From Octopus vulgaris (lineage: Eukaryota): a stretch of DNA of 64,000 nucleotides. Of this stretch, positions 1 to 31,766 are shown in pieces; position 1 is the stretch's first letter, and each line of letters opens with the position of its first letter. A program made the translations under genes and the position numbers. A model generated the notes under the pieces. That model was not told the origin of the DNA and ran no database searches. It was given only the letters and a program-made list of their open reading frames with translations. Where the stretch lies: the NCBI GenBank assembly GCA_951406725.2, contig OX597838.1:26970001-27034000 (forward strand), read 5' to 3'.

Positions 1-4
1 TATT

Positions 5-35
<31 letters not shown>

Positions 36-475
36 AGGTGTATTATGAGCATTTATAGAACACAGTCCTATATACAGTCAATAAACAATTAAAAATGGAG
101 AAGGGAAGATGTTAGAAGTTTGATAACCTTTTAATCCATGCATACGATTCGTGCTACTGGAGACATGTAACCCAATACAACTTGTTGCGTGGTGAGGCTG
201 TCAGTGACAGCTATCCTACCAGACTCATACATACGTATGTATGTATAAGTCTGAGAATCATTAAAAATTGATTAACGAACTCTACTTTTCCAACCAATGG
301 AACTGTAAAAAATCTATCAAGAAAAAATATAATGTATAAATTATATAAAATAAATCTTTCACACAGATGTGTATTTAATGAAAAACACACACACATAAAT
401 GTGTGTATATATACACATGTATATATATCCATCATTTTTTGCTAAAATGTCTTATTGACAAGTTTCGCTTTTTTC

Positions 476-565
476 ACTTTCCTGAGGAGAAGATTGCATT
501 GTTTATACCATTTGTTTATACTTTTGAATAGTATCAGTGGAATTTTCGAAACATGTGTCGAAAGT
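476..565 (+). ncRNA. Type I hammerhead ribozyme motif, canonical core, GUC cleavage triplet
   Basis: Stem I actttc/gaaagt; CTGAGGA 482-488; long stem II gaagattgcattg/cagtggaattttc; GAAA 548-551; stem III ACA-TG-TGT; C17 at 559. Confidence 0.75.
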
Positions 566-690
566 AAAAATATTTGATTACACCTGCATTAAACTCCATT
601 TATTTATTCATATATACACACATATATATATATATATACACACACATATATATATACACACATATATATGCATGCATACATATACGTGTG

Positions 691-723
<33 letters not shown>

Positions 724-1077
724 GTGTGTGTGTGTGTGTTCACAAAATTCATTTTGGGCACAGTGTTTCTCGAATTACACACACGAAAATGTAAATAGTT
801 TGTAAATATTCAGTTGAAAGACCCTGTTGCATAGAAAAATTCAAAGGGTGCTCATGATTTCAACAGATTCTTTCAAACCAATACGTGCACGCTATTACTT
901 ATTGCTTTATGTGTGTACTTCGAGGTATACTATTCCAGAAACAAAAACCGAAGTATTTCATGTCCTCAGAAGTTTATAAAATTCTTATCATACATACATA
1001 TATCTATCTATCTGTCTGTCTGTCTATCTATCTATATACATATGTATATATATATATACATATGTATATACATATCT

Positions 1078-1417
1078 GAGACCCCCTTCACTTACGGCAC
1101 AGACCATGGGATTGCACCTAGAAAGTTACCCTCCCAGGCACAAGTCCGGGCAAGGTTGTTTATGGAGGACCAGCAGTCGCCCATGCATACTGGCCTCCCC
1201 TCTCCACACCACCAGTGTTATCCAAGGGAAAGGCAAAGGGGCCGATACAGCTTGACACCTGTGATGTCACAACTCATTTTTACAGCTAAGTGAACTGGAG
1301 CAACGTGAAATAAAGTGTCTTGCTCAAGAACACAACATGCAGCCCAATCCGTGATTCCAGCCCACAACCTCATGATCATAAGCTCGATGCTCTAACCACT
1401 GAGCCATGCACCTTCAC
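1078..1417 (-). mobile_element. tRNA-derived SINE (second copy ~51030-51300)
   Basis: Head gtgaaggtgcatggctcagtggttagagc; body shared with 51030-51300. Confidence 0.75.
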
Positions 1418-1891
1418 TTATATACATATACATATATACATACATATGTATAATATGTATGTATATATATATACACTTTTATCTTCTACTTGTTTCAGTC
1501 ACCACTTAAAGAAATTTTAGTTAAATGAATTTATCCCAGTACTTTTTTCGCGGAGTGGTTGGCGTTAGGAAGGGCATCCAACCGTAGAAACTCTGCCAGA
1601 TCAGACTGGAGCCTGGAGCAGCCCCTGGCTTCCCAGACTCCGGTCGAACCGTCCAACCCATGCTAGCATGGAAAACGGACGTTAAACGATGATGATGATG
1701 ATGATATATATATGCATACATTGTACAATATTCAACAATTAGTAAAATAAATTGAACGTAACCAACCTGGAAAGCAACCCTTTTCTGAAGTACCATCTTT
1801 GATAATAATTCTGTAAAGCACTGAACTGTTATTGGTCTGTAATTGTCTCTTAACGCATGTATGTTTATCTATGAATGTGTGAATACATACA

Positions 1892-1923
<32 letters not shown>

Positions 1924-1966
1924 AATGTATATATTTGTATATAAATGTATGTCTATGTATATTATA

Positions 1967-2006
<40 letters not shown>

Positions 2007-2970
2007 TTGTGAATCCTTAACAACACATCAATTTCTCACAATCTCAATCTCTGTGTGCAAAAGATCACAAAATGTTTTTCGAAGTTTTCAAGTATGCTCT
2101 TTCTAAAACTCAAAGGGCAAATGAGACTATTTTTCAAGGTGGAGATTTCACTCGTTTTGCTTGCCTTTCTTTCATTCCTTCTTTCCGTGGTTTGTATAAG
2201 GTAATTTTTGTAATACATATCTCTCTCTCCTGTTGTTGTTGTTGTTGTTGTTGTTTAACCCCAGGTCAGCCCCGGGTGAGTAGAACTTGTTATCAAACAC
2301 AGCCAAGCCATGCCTGCTTTTTCACAAACAGTTTTCTCCCATATGTAATAACAACCTCAAGGACCATATGACCGAATGTTATCTCTCTCTTATTTCCTTT
2401 TATTTCGTTAAGAAACCAAGGGTGTGATTGTGAGATCTGAAGGAGATTTGACAGCTATTAATAGCTAACAACAAGCAGGACGAGAGTCCACATAGTGGGT
2501 TCCTCGCTCACTTCTACACCTCTGCTCTATCTGTTTGTTTCGCTCTATTAAAAGCTCAGTGCTCAACCAGCACATAACATCTTTCCTTCAATGACATTTT
2601 CTCTAGTTGTCTTTTCTCAACATTTGTCAGTCAGTGTCTGTGGTTGTTGAACAATGTTTTATCAACTATCAATATTACACCTGTCATAATCTACCTCTAC
2701 AACTGGGTCAATTGACATTACACCATTCATATTTTCTCTTATTTTTCATGTAAATTTGTTGGGTTTATTTCGTCGTTTCTTCTTTTATTTTTTTTTCCCA
2801 TTTTCTTCTTCATTTTATAAAAGAAATATGTGATAAAATATTTCATAAATAGGAATTCTTTTTCATTTTCTCTCTCTCTTTCTCCTTGTGTCTGCATACT
2901 TCTATATCTATGTGTGTGCTGGTGTGTGTATGTATATATTTATACATGTATATACACAAGTATAAAAGTA

Positions 2971-3035
<65 letters not shown>

Positions 3036-3525
3036 GAAAAATACAAACTGGGACAAGAACGTAAAACATTTAGAAGACGATACAAAAAACACGGACGGGA
3101 CATTCGAAGCCTTCAATCTTCAGTCAAGAACCGGATCATCCTCACAATTTCAGCTGATACACACACACATTTATAAATATAGGCATATATATATATATAT
3201 ACATACACACATTTAAACATACATACATGTATACATAGATATATAAATACATTTATGTATGTATCATCATCATCATCATCATCATTGTTTAAGGTCTGTT
3301 TTCCATGCTAGCATGGGTGGAAAACAGTTCGACCGGAGTCTGGAAAGCCAGGAGGCTGCACCAGGCTCCAGTCTGATCTGGCAGTGTTTTTACAGCTGGA
3401 TGCCCTTCCTAACGCCAACCACTCCGTGAGTGTAGTGGATGCTTTTTATGTGCCACCAGCACAGGGGTCAGGGGAGGCTGGCAACAGCCATGATCGGTGC
3501 CACCGCCACGGAAGCCAGTCAAGAT

Positions 3526-3563
<38 letters not shown>

Positions 3564-3934
3564 TAGAAGAAATGAGGTACTCAGAAATCCAGATGGTTTT
3601 ATATTTACAGATATTTATTAGTATGTTACATGTTTTTATAAATCATATATCATATATTAGCACTTTTGTCCATTCTGGTGGAGTCTTCAAATTGACCAAA
3701 GTTTTTGCAGGAATTTTTACCCTTTTTATAGTATTATTGAGTGTGTAGTGGTGGGGAGAGACATAAGATAGTACAAGAGGGTGATGAATGGGGAGAAAGT
3801 GAGAGAGAGAGCATGTGTGTGTGTGTGTGTGTGTGTGTGTTTTTGTATCTGAAAGAGGTGTTAAAGAAAAAGAAGAAAAGGGAGAGAAAGAAGAAAAAGT
3901 TTTTTGTTAATCTCTTTGCTCAGATACAAAAACA

Positions 3935-4550
3935 GCACTGATTTGCTGCCAATTCAAAAATGTTCCAGTCTCTCATTTTTGACCTCCTTTATGCAGATGA
4001 CTGTGACTTAGTCACTCATACAGTGGATGACATGCAAATACTTATGAATCTTATTTCTGCTTCTTGCAAGGCATTTGGACTCAGCACTAGCCTGGACAAG
4101 ACTGTTGTAATGTTCCAGCCTGCACCAGGAAATCCATATGTGGAACCAGCTATCTTGGTTGAAGGAACAATACTGAAAGTGGTAGACAGGTTTGTCTACC
4201 TGGGCAGCACACTCAGCCGTTCTTGCTCCCTTGATGATGAAATATCTTTCAGGCTGCAGAGAGCAACTGATTCCTTCAGGTTTCTTCAGTCTTCTGTCTG
4301 GTCCCAGAATGGCACCACAAGGGAAATAAAAATTGCTGTGTACCGTGCATGTGTACTGATATCACTCCTTTACTCATGAAACATGGACCCTTTACAAACG
4401 TCCTGTAAGGGTCTTTGAACACTTTCATCAGAGATGTCTGAGACACATTCTGAATATTGGCTGGACCTTAAAAACTCCAGACACACAGGTCCTGAGGAAA
4501 GCTGATATCTTGAGTATTGAGGCAATAGTGCACAAGCACCGGTTACACTT
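3935..4550 (+). mobile_element. RTE-clade LINE reverse transcriptase fragment, decayed
   Basis: LLYADD, FGL..S..KT.VM, F.YLGS.LS, VYRACVLISLLYS, then frameshifted ETWTLY..FHQRCLR.IL. Confidence 0.9.
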
Positions 4551-4559
4551 ACTTAAGCC

Positions 4560-4890
4560 CTTTTGTCCCTATGGAATATAAGTCATTGATGACTTTTCTC
4601 CACTGTTTTCAACTCTGAGTTGTTTCATCCCTCAAGGAAAACCTAACTTTCCCAGATCTTGTTGGTTTGGAATTTTTACCCACGATTCTGTAACTTTAGT
4701 TGATTATTATTAGTGTAGGGGTGCTGGCCTTACGCAAAACCATTTTCACCTCTGGGAAGAGGTGGCCCATATTAGCCTGGTCTGTTCAGCATGGTAGGCT
4801 CAACCAAGAGCTTGTGTCCCACTGGCATAGCTCTCAGGGTCTTTGAGACATATGACCTGCCAAACCACAACAAGGACTGGACCTTATAAG
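4560..4890 (-). mobile_element. RTE-type LINE 5' region remnant
   Basis: Minus strand ccttgttgtgg..gtctcaaagaccctgagagctatgcc resembles RTE/BovB-type 5' UTR motifs. Confidence 0.45.
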
Positions 4891-6229
4891 GGATGCCAGC
4901 ATGGACAACAGGCATTAAACAATGATGAATGATGACAATGATATCATATTATTCTAAAACCAGTGTAGTACCCTTCAAAAAAAGATAGGGTTTATTTCTG
5001 TCTTCTTTTAGTAATCCTTCATGTTTTTACTTCAAGCTTTGCTGCATTTTCTTCTCATGTTTCGTTTTGTCTTCTTTCAGTTATTTTTCTCTATTTTTCA
5101 GCATACAAATTGATGCAGCTTATAGTATAAACATCCAAACATCATAATAATCTTTCCAAATCTTGCTGCATTTCAATGGAATTTTTGGTCCTCCAAAGCC
5201 AGCTTGGTGTAAAAGTCAATTTACCTTTCATTGGCTGCAAATTTAGGCTTGAAAAAAATTTGACCGGTATGCAAGTAAGTACGGTAATTTTTAAAAATCT
5301 TAAGCTTTGCTTCTCTTTCTTGTCATTTTGCAACACTTCTTCTATCTATATATTTATATAACCCACCGCTTTTTATATTTTCTTTCTCTGTCTCATTTGT
5401 CAGCCAATTCTCTCTCTCTCTCTCACATAGAGTTTCCCATCTATCTATATATCTAATCTACCTCTCTTTCTAATGCTTTCTCTCTCGCTCTCTTTCTCCT
5501 TTCCCTGCAACACACCTGCTTCCTCTTTCCACATAATTTATCACAGTACTCCCCCAGTACTCTCTCTCTCTATATTACAAAATACTTTCTTCTTTTCACT
5601 TTTATTTTCTCACTGGTATTCTCTCTCTCTCTCTCTTTTCTTGTATTTCCTTGTCTGAGATTAATAAAGGAAAACAAAGATGATTTGTTTCTTTTAAACT
5701 TATCATAAGCCAAAGAGGTAAACCTGTGTCTACACTCAACCTGCTAGAAACAGTAGCCAAATTTCCCTCAAATCACATCCGACTTAAAAAACAATGGAGA
5801 ACTCATTTGGAAATGTAGTCGTAGATACACTATGCCTGAATAAATGATGATGTAGTTAAGGCTGGAAAGTTTTTGATTGCAAGCGTCTTCAGTCAGGACA
5901 TACCTGGGGGAAAACAAGGAAGGACATTGAATGTCGTTATTCTAGATAGACTCTGATAGGATAAAATGTGGGTTAGTCAAAGCAGGAATGTGTTCGAACA
6001 CAATTGTGCTTTATCTGGGCAAACCTGGAGAAAAACAAGAGGAAATGACATTTGATATTGTAGTCCTAGATATGCTATGACAATATAAAATATTTTAAAT
6101 CATAAATTTGCTTCATCAGAGCTGATCTAGGGTTAAACAAATAAGGGTTTAAAAACATTAACCCTTTAGCATTTAGAATACTCTGTCACATTTAATGCTT
6201 ATTTATTCACAAAATTTCGAATTTATCAT

Positions 6230-6830
6230 ACACTAGCAGTATAGCCCGGCGTTGCTCGGGTTTGTCTTTTAGTTGCGCTTAAAACGGCAGACTTTGATGT
6301 CGCATTAACAATTTGATGCAGCATATAATATAAACATTCAAACATCATAGCAATTTTTCTGAATCCTCCGTCTCCCGCAATGCCAGACCATCATTGTTGC
6401 AAAGCGCTGCGATGGCTGCGCCCCGCCCACCCCGAATCGCACGGCCAACAATGCATAACGGAGCCCGACAGTGGCAGCAGAAACAGAGGAGGAACAACAC
6501 TTAAAGGTAGTGCCCCAGCAAGACCACAACCCAGCAAAACAATAAATAAAACAACTCATTAATTTTAGGACAAATTATAATTTATTCTGATACCTTTATT
6601 CCAATATTCCGGTATTCTTTGAACCAAAGAATTTCATATGTTTCTAATATACTAAACTCATGAATGACAAAACAGAGAATGAGGTTGGTAGTGATGGAGG
6701 TTGGTGGTGGAGGTAAGTGCAGTGGTGGTGGTGACGGTGGTAATATGAGGGGAGGGGCTTGTTGAAGGAAATCAAGGATATAAGACTAGAGATCAGACAA
6801 GCTGTCAGGGATCAACTATTTTATATATAC
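6230..6830 (+). mobile_element. Possible non-autonomous Helitron/Helentron-like element (similar architecture at ~60483-60930)
   Basis: 5' actagcagtatagcccggcgttgctcggg hairpin start and 3' ttttatatata end. Confidence 0.4.
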
Positions 6831-6989
6831 TCTCTCTCACATGTTCATCATGTATACACACACACACACACATACACACACACACGCATGCATATTTATA
6901 CATACATACATGCATACATCTGAAGACTGTTTCAACAAAGAAAATTGGAATTGTCTTCTTGAATTTTTAAACTTTGACACACGTACACA

Positions 6990-7518
6990 CACATATATAC
7001 TAATATATATGTATACATGCACACACACATAGATATATACATGTATACACACACACACATTGATATATACATGTATACACAAACCTATATATATATATGT
7101 ATACACACACACATAGATATATACATGTATACATACACACACATACACAGATATATACATGTATACATGCACACACAGACACACCAGTATATATGTATAC
7201 ACACACACACATAGATATATACATGTATACACACACACATACACATACAGATATATACATGTATACACACACATATACACAGATATATACATGTATACAT
7301 GCACACACACACACACTAGTATATATGTATACACACACACACAGATATATACATGTATACACACACATATACACATATATACATGTATACACACACGCAT
7401 ACACACAGATATATACATGTATACATGCACACACACAGACATACCAGTATATATGTATACACACACACATAGATATATACATGTATACACACACACACAT
7501 ACGCACATACACACACAA
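6990..7518. repeat. Complex CA/TA minisatellite (unit ~acacacagatatatacatgtatac) starting ~40 nt after the MAPK7 stop
   Basis: Seen directly. Confidence 0.9.
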
Positions 7519-7557
7519 AATGAAGTCTGTTTTGCAGCTGTTCTCTATGCTACAGCT

Positions 7558-25240
<17,683 letters not shown>

Positions 25241-26024
25241 TTAAACCAAAAATACTAATAATAATTAGGCGCCAAGGAGAAAGACAATCATTTATTTAAT
25301 CATAATTTATCAAACTAGGTGTGTCCAAAGAATACATTAATCTATTTATCTTTGACCTTTAACAGGCTTCAGTCATTCGACTGTGGTCATGCTGGGGCAC
25401 CGCCTTGAAGAGTTTGTTGTCTGTTCCTTCTCGAGCCATGCCTTGCTCATTAGGGCTGGTTTCCCGGTTTCCTTGGCGTATAGGTTCCTCACCTGGATGG
25501 GACGCCGGTCTGTTGCAGGTGAACTGCAAGATGCAGGAGGAAAGAGTGAAAGTTGTGGCAAAAGAGTCAGCAGAAGTTTACCATTACCTTCTGCTGGAGC
25601 CGCGTGGAGCTTAGGTGTTTTGCTCATAAACACACACATCGCCCGGTCTGAGATTCGAACCCACGATCCCTCGACCACTAGTCCGCTGCTCTAACCACTA
25701 GGCCATGTGACTCCACACACACAGACTAAGTGAACACGTGTGTGTGTGTTTGAGAGAGAAAATGACAACAGACCGGGAGTTGTAGTAATTTGCTATACTT
25801 GAGAAGACACGTTGAGCGAAGTACAATCGCGGTCATCCATACATATACGCTTGTCTTTTACAGGTGCTGGTGCCACGTAAAATGCCCTCATACTGATGCC
25901 ACATGAACACACCTGTGCTAGTGCTGTGTAAAAGCACCCAGTACACTCTGTAAAGTGGTTGACGTTAGGAAGGGCATTCAGTCATAGAAACCATGTCAAA
26001 ACAGACAATTGGAGCCTAGACAGC

Positions 26025-26120
26025 TCTCTGGCTGACCAGTTCTCTGGCTGACCAGTTCTCTGGCTGACCAGTTCTCTGGCTGACCAGTTCTCTGGCTGAC
26101 CAGTTCTCTGGCTGACCAGC
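26025..26120 (+). repeat. 16-bp tandem repeat (tctctggctgaccagt) x6 inside a family 3 element
   Basis: Six copies, only the last base of copy 6 differs. Confidence 0.95.
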
Positions 26121-26434
26121 TCCTGTCAAACCGTCCAATCCAAGACAGCATGGAAAACAGATCATCATCATTATCGTTTAACGTCCACTTTCCATGCTGG
26201 CATGGGTGGGATGGTTTGACAAGAGCCAGCCAGGCCGAAGCCTACACCAGACTTCTGTAACTGTTTCGGCTGGATTTTTACAGCTGGATGCCCTTCCTAA
26301 GACTAACAACTCAGCAGAGTGGACCCAGTGCTTTTTACGTAGCACAAGCACAAGTGAGGTCAGATTTGTCAAGGTTTTTTACAGCTGGATGCCCTTCCAA
26401 ATACACACATACATATGTGTGTGTGTGTATATAA

Positions 26435-26469
<35 letters not shown>

Positions 26470-26752
26470 TAATAATAATAATAATTGTAGGGAATATAAT
26501 TCCAAAACCTACAGGGAAAAATTCAATTTAACAATTTTAAATCAAACTTCACAAACTATAATATCTGTATATAATTTAGAGAAAAACTTTTTTTACTACT
26601 ATTTACTATTTATTGTACTTTATTAATTTTTAGAATAAGGTTTTTTTTTTATAGTATATGTTTTCTATATGGTGTGAATAACATCTTTCTTTATTGAATT
26701 GTTTAATAGAGGTTTTCCTCTAAATTATATAGATATATACATACATATATAT

Positions 26753-26785
<33 letters not shown>

Positions 26786-26788
26786 CAC

Positions 26789-26842
<54 letters not shown>

Positions 26843-26845
<3 letters not shown>

Positions 26846-27012
26846 AGCCACTACACACATTTTTTTCTCTCCTTGTTTTTTCTGTGTCCCTTTCTGTTGA
26901 AGAGCGTAGGCTCGAAACGCAAAAGACTTTTTCTATTCCTGAGTTTTATACTAATACATCTGTTTCTTTTGTACACCACCTGTCTTCGTCTTTTGCTTTT
27001 TTCATAAACCCT

Positions 27013-27015
<3 letters not shown>
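26843..27015 (+). mobile_element. Short hammerhead-bearing element, family B, in (TA)n; motif at 26890-26925
   Basis: cttt CTGTTGA a gagc-gtag-gctc GAAAC GCA aaag; homologous to 27930-28120 and 45540-45730. Confidence 0.7.
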
Positions 27016-27057
<42 letters not shown>

Positions 27058-27929
27058 CACATACATACACACACATATAGATACATATATATACACCACT
27101 TGCACAGACATACACTCACACAGTGCAACACACAGCTGTTCCCAAAAGTCCAGAATACATGCTAAAAGTACCTGTGCCTATGCGTTGTCTTGCTCATTCT
27201 CTCCCTCCCCCCACGCCACTTCCCGACCCAAACACACTCGTGTGAATATCATTCTCTCTTAACGCAGACACCATTCGGAAAATCTTGAACAGATGTCTAC
27301 CTCTATTCAGGATTTACCACTATTTTCTAAAATTTTTCATAAAGGTCTCCTTCTATATGTAAGTGTGCAGACAAAATAATAAACTTCCCCTCTCTCTCTC
27401 CTCCACCCCACACAAATCCATAGACACTTTTCAAAAACACTTATACAGAGGTGGGGTGTACTTGTGCCTACATAACATTAACCCCCTCCACCGTGCCGGT
27501 GGTACGTAAAAAGCACCATCCGATCGTGGCCGTTTGCCAGCCTCGCCTGGCCCCCGTGCCGGTGGCACGTAAAAAGCACCCACTACACTCACGGAGTGGT
27601 TGGCGTTAGGAAGGGCATCCAGCTGTAGAAACACTGCCAGATCAGACTGGAGCCTGGTGCAGCCTAGTGGCTTCCCAGACCCCAGTTGAACCGTCCAATC
27701 CATGCTAGCATGGAAAGCGGACGCTAAATGATGATGATGATGATGACTCTCTCCATACACAAGCACATTCACACATACACACACATACATTGTTATACTT
27801 TTACACAAAGAGGGGTGACAGTAACTTCACAGCTTCAACCTGCAACTGTCTGACATTTGAACAAAAGCTAACAGATCAAAACTTTGAAGTCACTATTGCC
27901 TTACTTCTTGTAAAGGTATAATACATATA

Positions 27930-28120
27930 AAGAGAAAGTTTATGAAAATAAACAAAAGACGAAGGCAGGTGGAGTACAAACAAACAAATGTATTAGTATA
28001 GCGCTCAGGAATAGAAATAGAAAAAATCTTTTACGTTTCAAGCCTACGCTCTTCGACAGAAAAATACACAGAAAAAAACAAGGAGAGAAAACAATGAGTG
28101 TAGTAGCTAACGATCTATAT
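27930..28120 (-). mobile_element. Short hammerhead-bearing element, family B; motif at 28028-28063
   Basis: tttt CTGTCGA a gagc-gtag-gctt GAAAC GTA aaag on the minus strand. Confidence 0.7.
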
Positions 28121-28373
28121 ATAATACATATAAGCTCGACAACAAAAACTTAGAAATTCTCCAGTTTAGTGTTAAATCGTTAATATTATTATTATTAATT
28201 GCGCCAAGGTCAACTCTGCCATTTATCCTTTAGGGGTCAATAAATTAATTGCCAGTAATCGACTAGTCCCTGCCCTAAAATTTCATGCCTTGTACCTATA
28301 GTAAAAAGGATTATTATTATTATTATTATTATTATCATTATTATCATTATCATTATCATTATTATTATCATCA

Positions 28374-28410
<37 letters not shown>

Positions 28411-28540
28411 TATTATCATTATCATTATTATTATCATCCTGTTGGCTAGGTGACATTGCTCCTTATCAAAAAGCTCCATTACAGGGTGCACCCATTTACA
28501 GCTGAGTGGAGTGGTGCAATGTGAAAAGAAGTGTTACTGC

Positions 28541-29412
28541 CCAGACAGGAAAGCTATTGGCCAGACAAGAAAGCTATTGGTCAGACAGGAAAGCTATTGG
28601 CCAAACAGGAAAGCTATTAGTCAGACAGGGAAGCTATTGGCCAAACAGGAAAGCTATTGGCCAGACAGGAAAGCTGTTGGCCAGACAAGAAAGCTATTGG
28701 TCAGACAGGAAAGCTATTGGACAGACAAGAAAGCTATTGGCCAGACAGGAAAGCTGTTGACCAGACAAGAAAGCTGTTGACCAAACAGGAAAGCTATTGG
28801 CCAGACAGGAAAGCTGTTGACCAGACAAGAAAGCTATTGGTCAGACAGGAAAGCTACTGGTCAAACAGGAAAGCTATTGACCAGACAGGAAAGCTATTGA
28901 CCAAACAGGAAAGCTGTTGGCCAGACAAGAAAGCTATTGGTCAGACAGGAAAGCTACTGGTCAAACAGGAAAGCTATTGACCAGACAAGAAAGCTATTGA
29001 CCAGACAGGAAAGCTATTGACCAGACAGGAAAGCTATTGGCCAGACAGGAAAGCTATTGGTCAGACAGGAAAGCTATTGACCAGACAGGAAAGCTATTGA
29101 CCAGACAGGAAAGCTATTGGCCAGACAGGAAAACTATTGGTCAAACAGGAAAGCTATTGACCAGACAGGAAAGCTATTGGCCAGACAGGAAAGCTATTGG
29201 TCAGACAGGAAAGCTATTGACCAGACAGGAAAGCTATTGACCAGACAGGAAAGCTATTGGCCAGACAGGAAAGCTATTGACCAGACAGGAAAGCTATTGA
29301 CCAGACAGGAAAGCTATTGACCAGACAGGAAAGCTATTGGTCAGACAGGAAAGCTATTGGCCAGACAGGAAAGCTATTGGACAGACAGGAAAGCTGTTGG
29401 CCAGACAGGAAT
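28541..29412 (+). repeat. 20-bp minisatellite (ccagacaggaaagctattgg) x ~43
   Basis: Visible 20-bp period with few substitutions. Confidence 0.97.
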
Positions 29413-30283
29413 GCTACCTATGGTCAGAACGTTACTGCCCAGTAACATCCCCAGATGGGAATGTTACTTTCAGTAGAACAGAACAGAATAAATCAAACGT
29501 GCATCATAGCAAGGCAAGATTTATATGAAGGTTTTGATTTCCCCTTATTCAGTTCTATGAAACCAGAGTTAAGTAAGCGACGGCGTCAATTAAAAGCTCC
29601 TTGGAGTTTCAGAAGAATTTTAATACACTGCAGCTCAGAATCAAACAAAAAACAATAAGAAAGTATGAAACAGATTTAGAACAGATGGTTAACTGGATGA
29701 CATGAGGAGGAGAAAAATTCTCCACGAGATATTAAGATAACATGCTCCATACATAACATAAATAGAGTTGGGTGTTTCTGATATACCACTTCACTTTATG
29801 GGTTGTTGTTGTAGTTGTTGTTATTGTTGTTGGTACAGGATATTGCTCTCTTTTTTACTGAAGGTTTCTCTTCATTTCTGCCAAGCTCTCTCTCTCTCTC
29901 TCTTGGTCTGTGTGTGCGTGCTGCGTGTGTGTATCTTTCTGTCTGTATACTGGGTTATTGGTGCCTTCCTGCTTAATTTTTAATTACTTTCTGTAGCAAT
30001 GGAGTGTGTGTCTTTGTGTGTACAGAAATAAACAAATATAGAAATATATGTGTGTGCATATATGTGTGTATACACACTCATGTATATATGTATGTGTATA
30101 TAAACACACACACACACAGATATATATATATAGCTTTCCAGTCTGACCAATAGCTTTCCTGTTTGGCCAATAGCTCTCCTGTCTGGGCCAAAACATATAT
30201 TTGTTTTCTTGTGATTTGCCTTGGGCCGACCGAATCCTTGTGCGTGGATTTGGTAGATGGAAACTGAAAGAAGCTTGATGTAC

Positions 30284-30333
<50 letters not shown>

Positions 30334-31189
30334 ATATATTTATGTGTGTGTCTGTGCTGTCCCCACCACCACCACCATCGTTTGACAACCGCTGCTGGTG
30401 TGTTTATGTTCCGGTAACTTAGCAGTTCAGTATAAGTGACTGATAGAATAAGTACCAGACTTATAAGGAATAAGTCCTAGGGTCCATTTCTTCAACTAAA
30501 ACGAAAGGTGGTGCTCCAGCATGCCTGCAGCCAAATGACTGAAACAAGTAAAAGAATAAAAGAATATTGCCTGGCTCATAAGGGCTGGTTTCCTTGGCGC
30601 ATAGGTTCCCCACCTGGACGGGACGCCAGTCCATCGCAGGTGAGTTGCAAGATGCAGGAGGAAAGAGTGAGAGAAAGTTGTGGCGAAAGAGTCAGCAGAA
30701 AGTTCGCCATTACCTTCTGCTGGAGCCGCGTGGAGCTTAGGTGTTTTGCTCATAAACACACACATCGCTCGGTCTGAGATTCGAACCTGCAATCACTCGA
30801 CCGCAAGTCCACTGCTCTAACCACTAGGCCATGTGCCTCCACAGAATATTTTAACTTACGAGATCCTTACTCAATATTATGATGCACAGCATTTTGTCTG
30901 TCCTTATGTTCTGAGTTCAAATTCCGCTGAGGTCAACTTCGCCTTTCATCCTTTCAATGTCAATAAAATAAGAACCAGTTATGCACTGGGGTCGACGTAA
31001 TTGACTGTCTCCTTCCCCCAGAATTTCAGGTCTTGTATCTAGAGTAGACAGGCATATTATGATCCACATGTTTGGCTATTCTCGAAACAGCTTTTAGAGA
31101 CTATCTATTTATATTTTCTATCTAAATTAAATGTTTCTTGAGAAATGCCAAATGTTTTGTATTTTCATTTTTCTTTTTTAAGTTATATA

Positions 31190-31406
31190 CGAGGGGGTGC
31201 CGAAAAGTTCTTGGTTTTAAGGATACCATGAAGGGCCTGGTTGGAGACCCAACCTTCTGAGTTCTTTTACAGGGCTTAAAAAAACGAAGGACCAAATGCA
31301 ACAAGTGTTTGTATCTAAGAAGGGAATATGTTGAATAAAATCATAATTAACTGATAATCCTGTATTTTCTTTTACCCAAAGCCAGGAAGTTTTCAGCACA
31401 CCCTCG
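31190..31406 (+). mobile_element. Mariner-derived MITE
   Basis: TIRs cgagggggtgccgaaaagttcttgg / ccaggaagttttcagcacaccctcg; left TA; internal KC..REYVE* transposase C-terminal remnant. Confidence 0.75.
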
Positions 31407-31766
31407 TGTGTGTGTGTGTGTGTGTGTATGTGCGTGTGTGTGTGTGTATATTATGTAGTCTGCCTACCCACGTAGCCAGCAGTATGACATCATTTAAAAT
31501 CTACATCAATGCAAGGAAATGCAATGTGATCAATTCTGTATAACAATATCTGGTTTTCAACAGGATATAGTGATACATATATAAATGGACACACAAATAG
31601 ATAAATAGACATGAGAGAGAGAGAGAGAGAGAGAGAGAGTGTGTGTGTGTTTGCATTTGTGCTATTCTGAAAAATCTCATAATTCAAGCATAGTCATTTC
31701 CTCTGTGAGTAACTCATCTACTTGCTTCATGCCTTTTGGAGACATGTGAAATAAGAGATCCTTTAT

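Noticed and set aside
880-975. Minus-strand CTGAGGA followed by a tacttcg/cgaagta hairpin
   Set aside because: No properly placed GAAA, stem III or UH could be found.
3095-3130. Minus-strand CTGAAGA..gaag-g-cttc GAATGTC hammerhead-like string
   Set aside because: GAAA is imperfect and there is no stem I pairing.
6915-6960. CTGAAGA ctgtttcaacaaa GAAA
   Set aside because: Stem II does not close and there is no stem I; likely chance.
28506-29528. Repetitive ORFs (RQESYWPDRKAIGQTGKLL) and a CRISPR-like appearance
   Set aside because: Pure 20-bp tandem repeat with no unique spacers; eukaryotic DNA and no cas genes.
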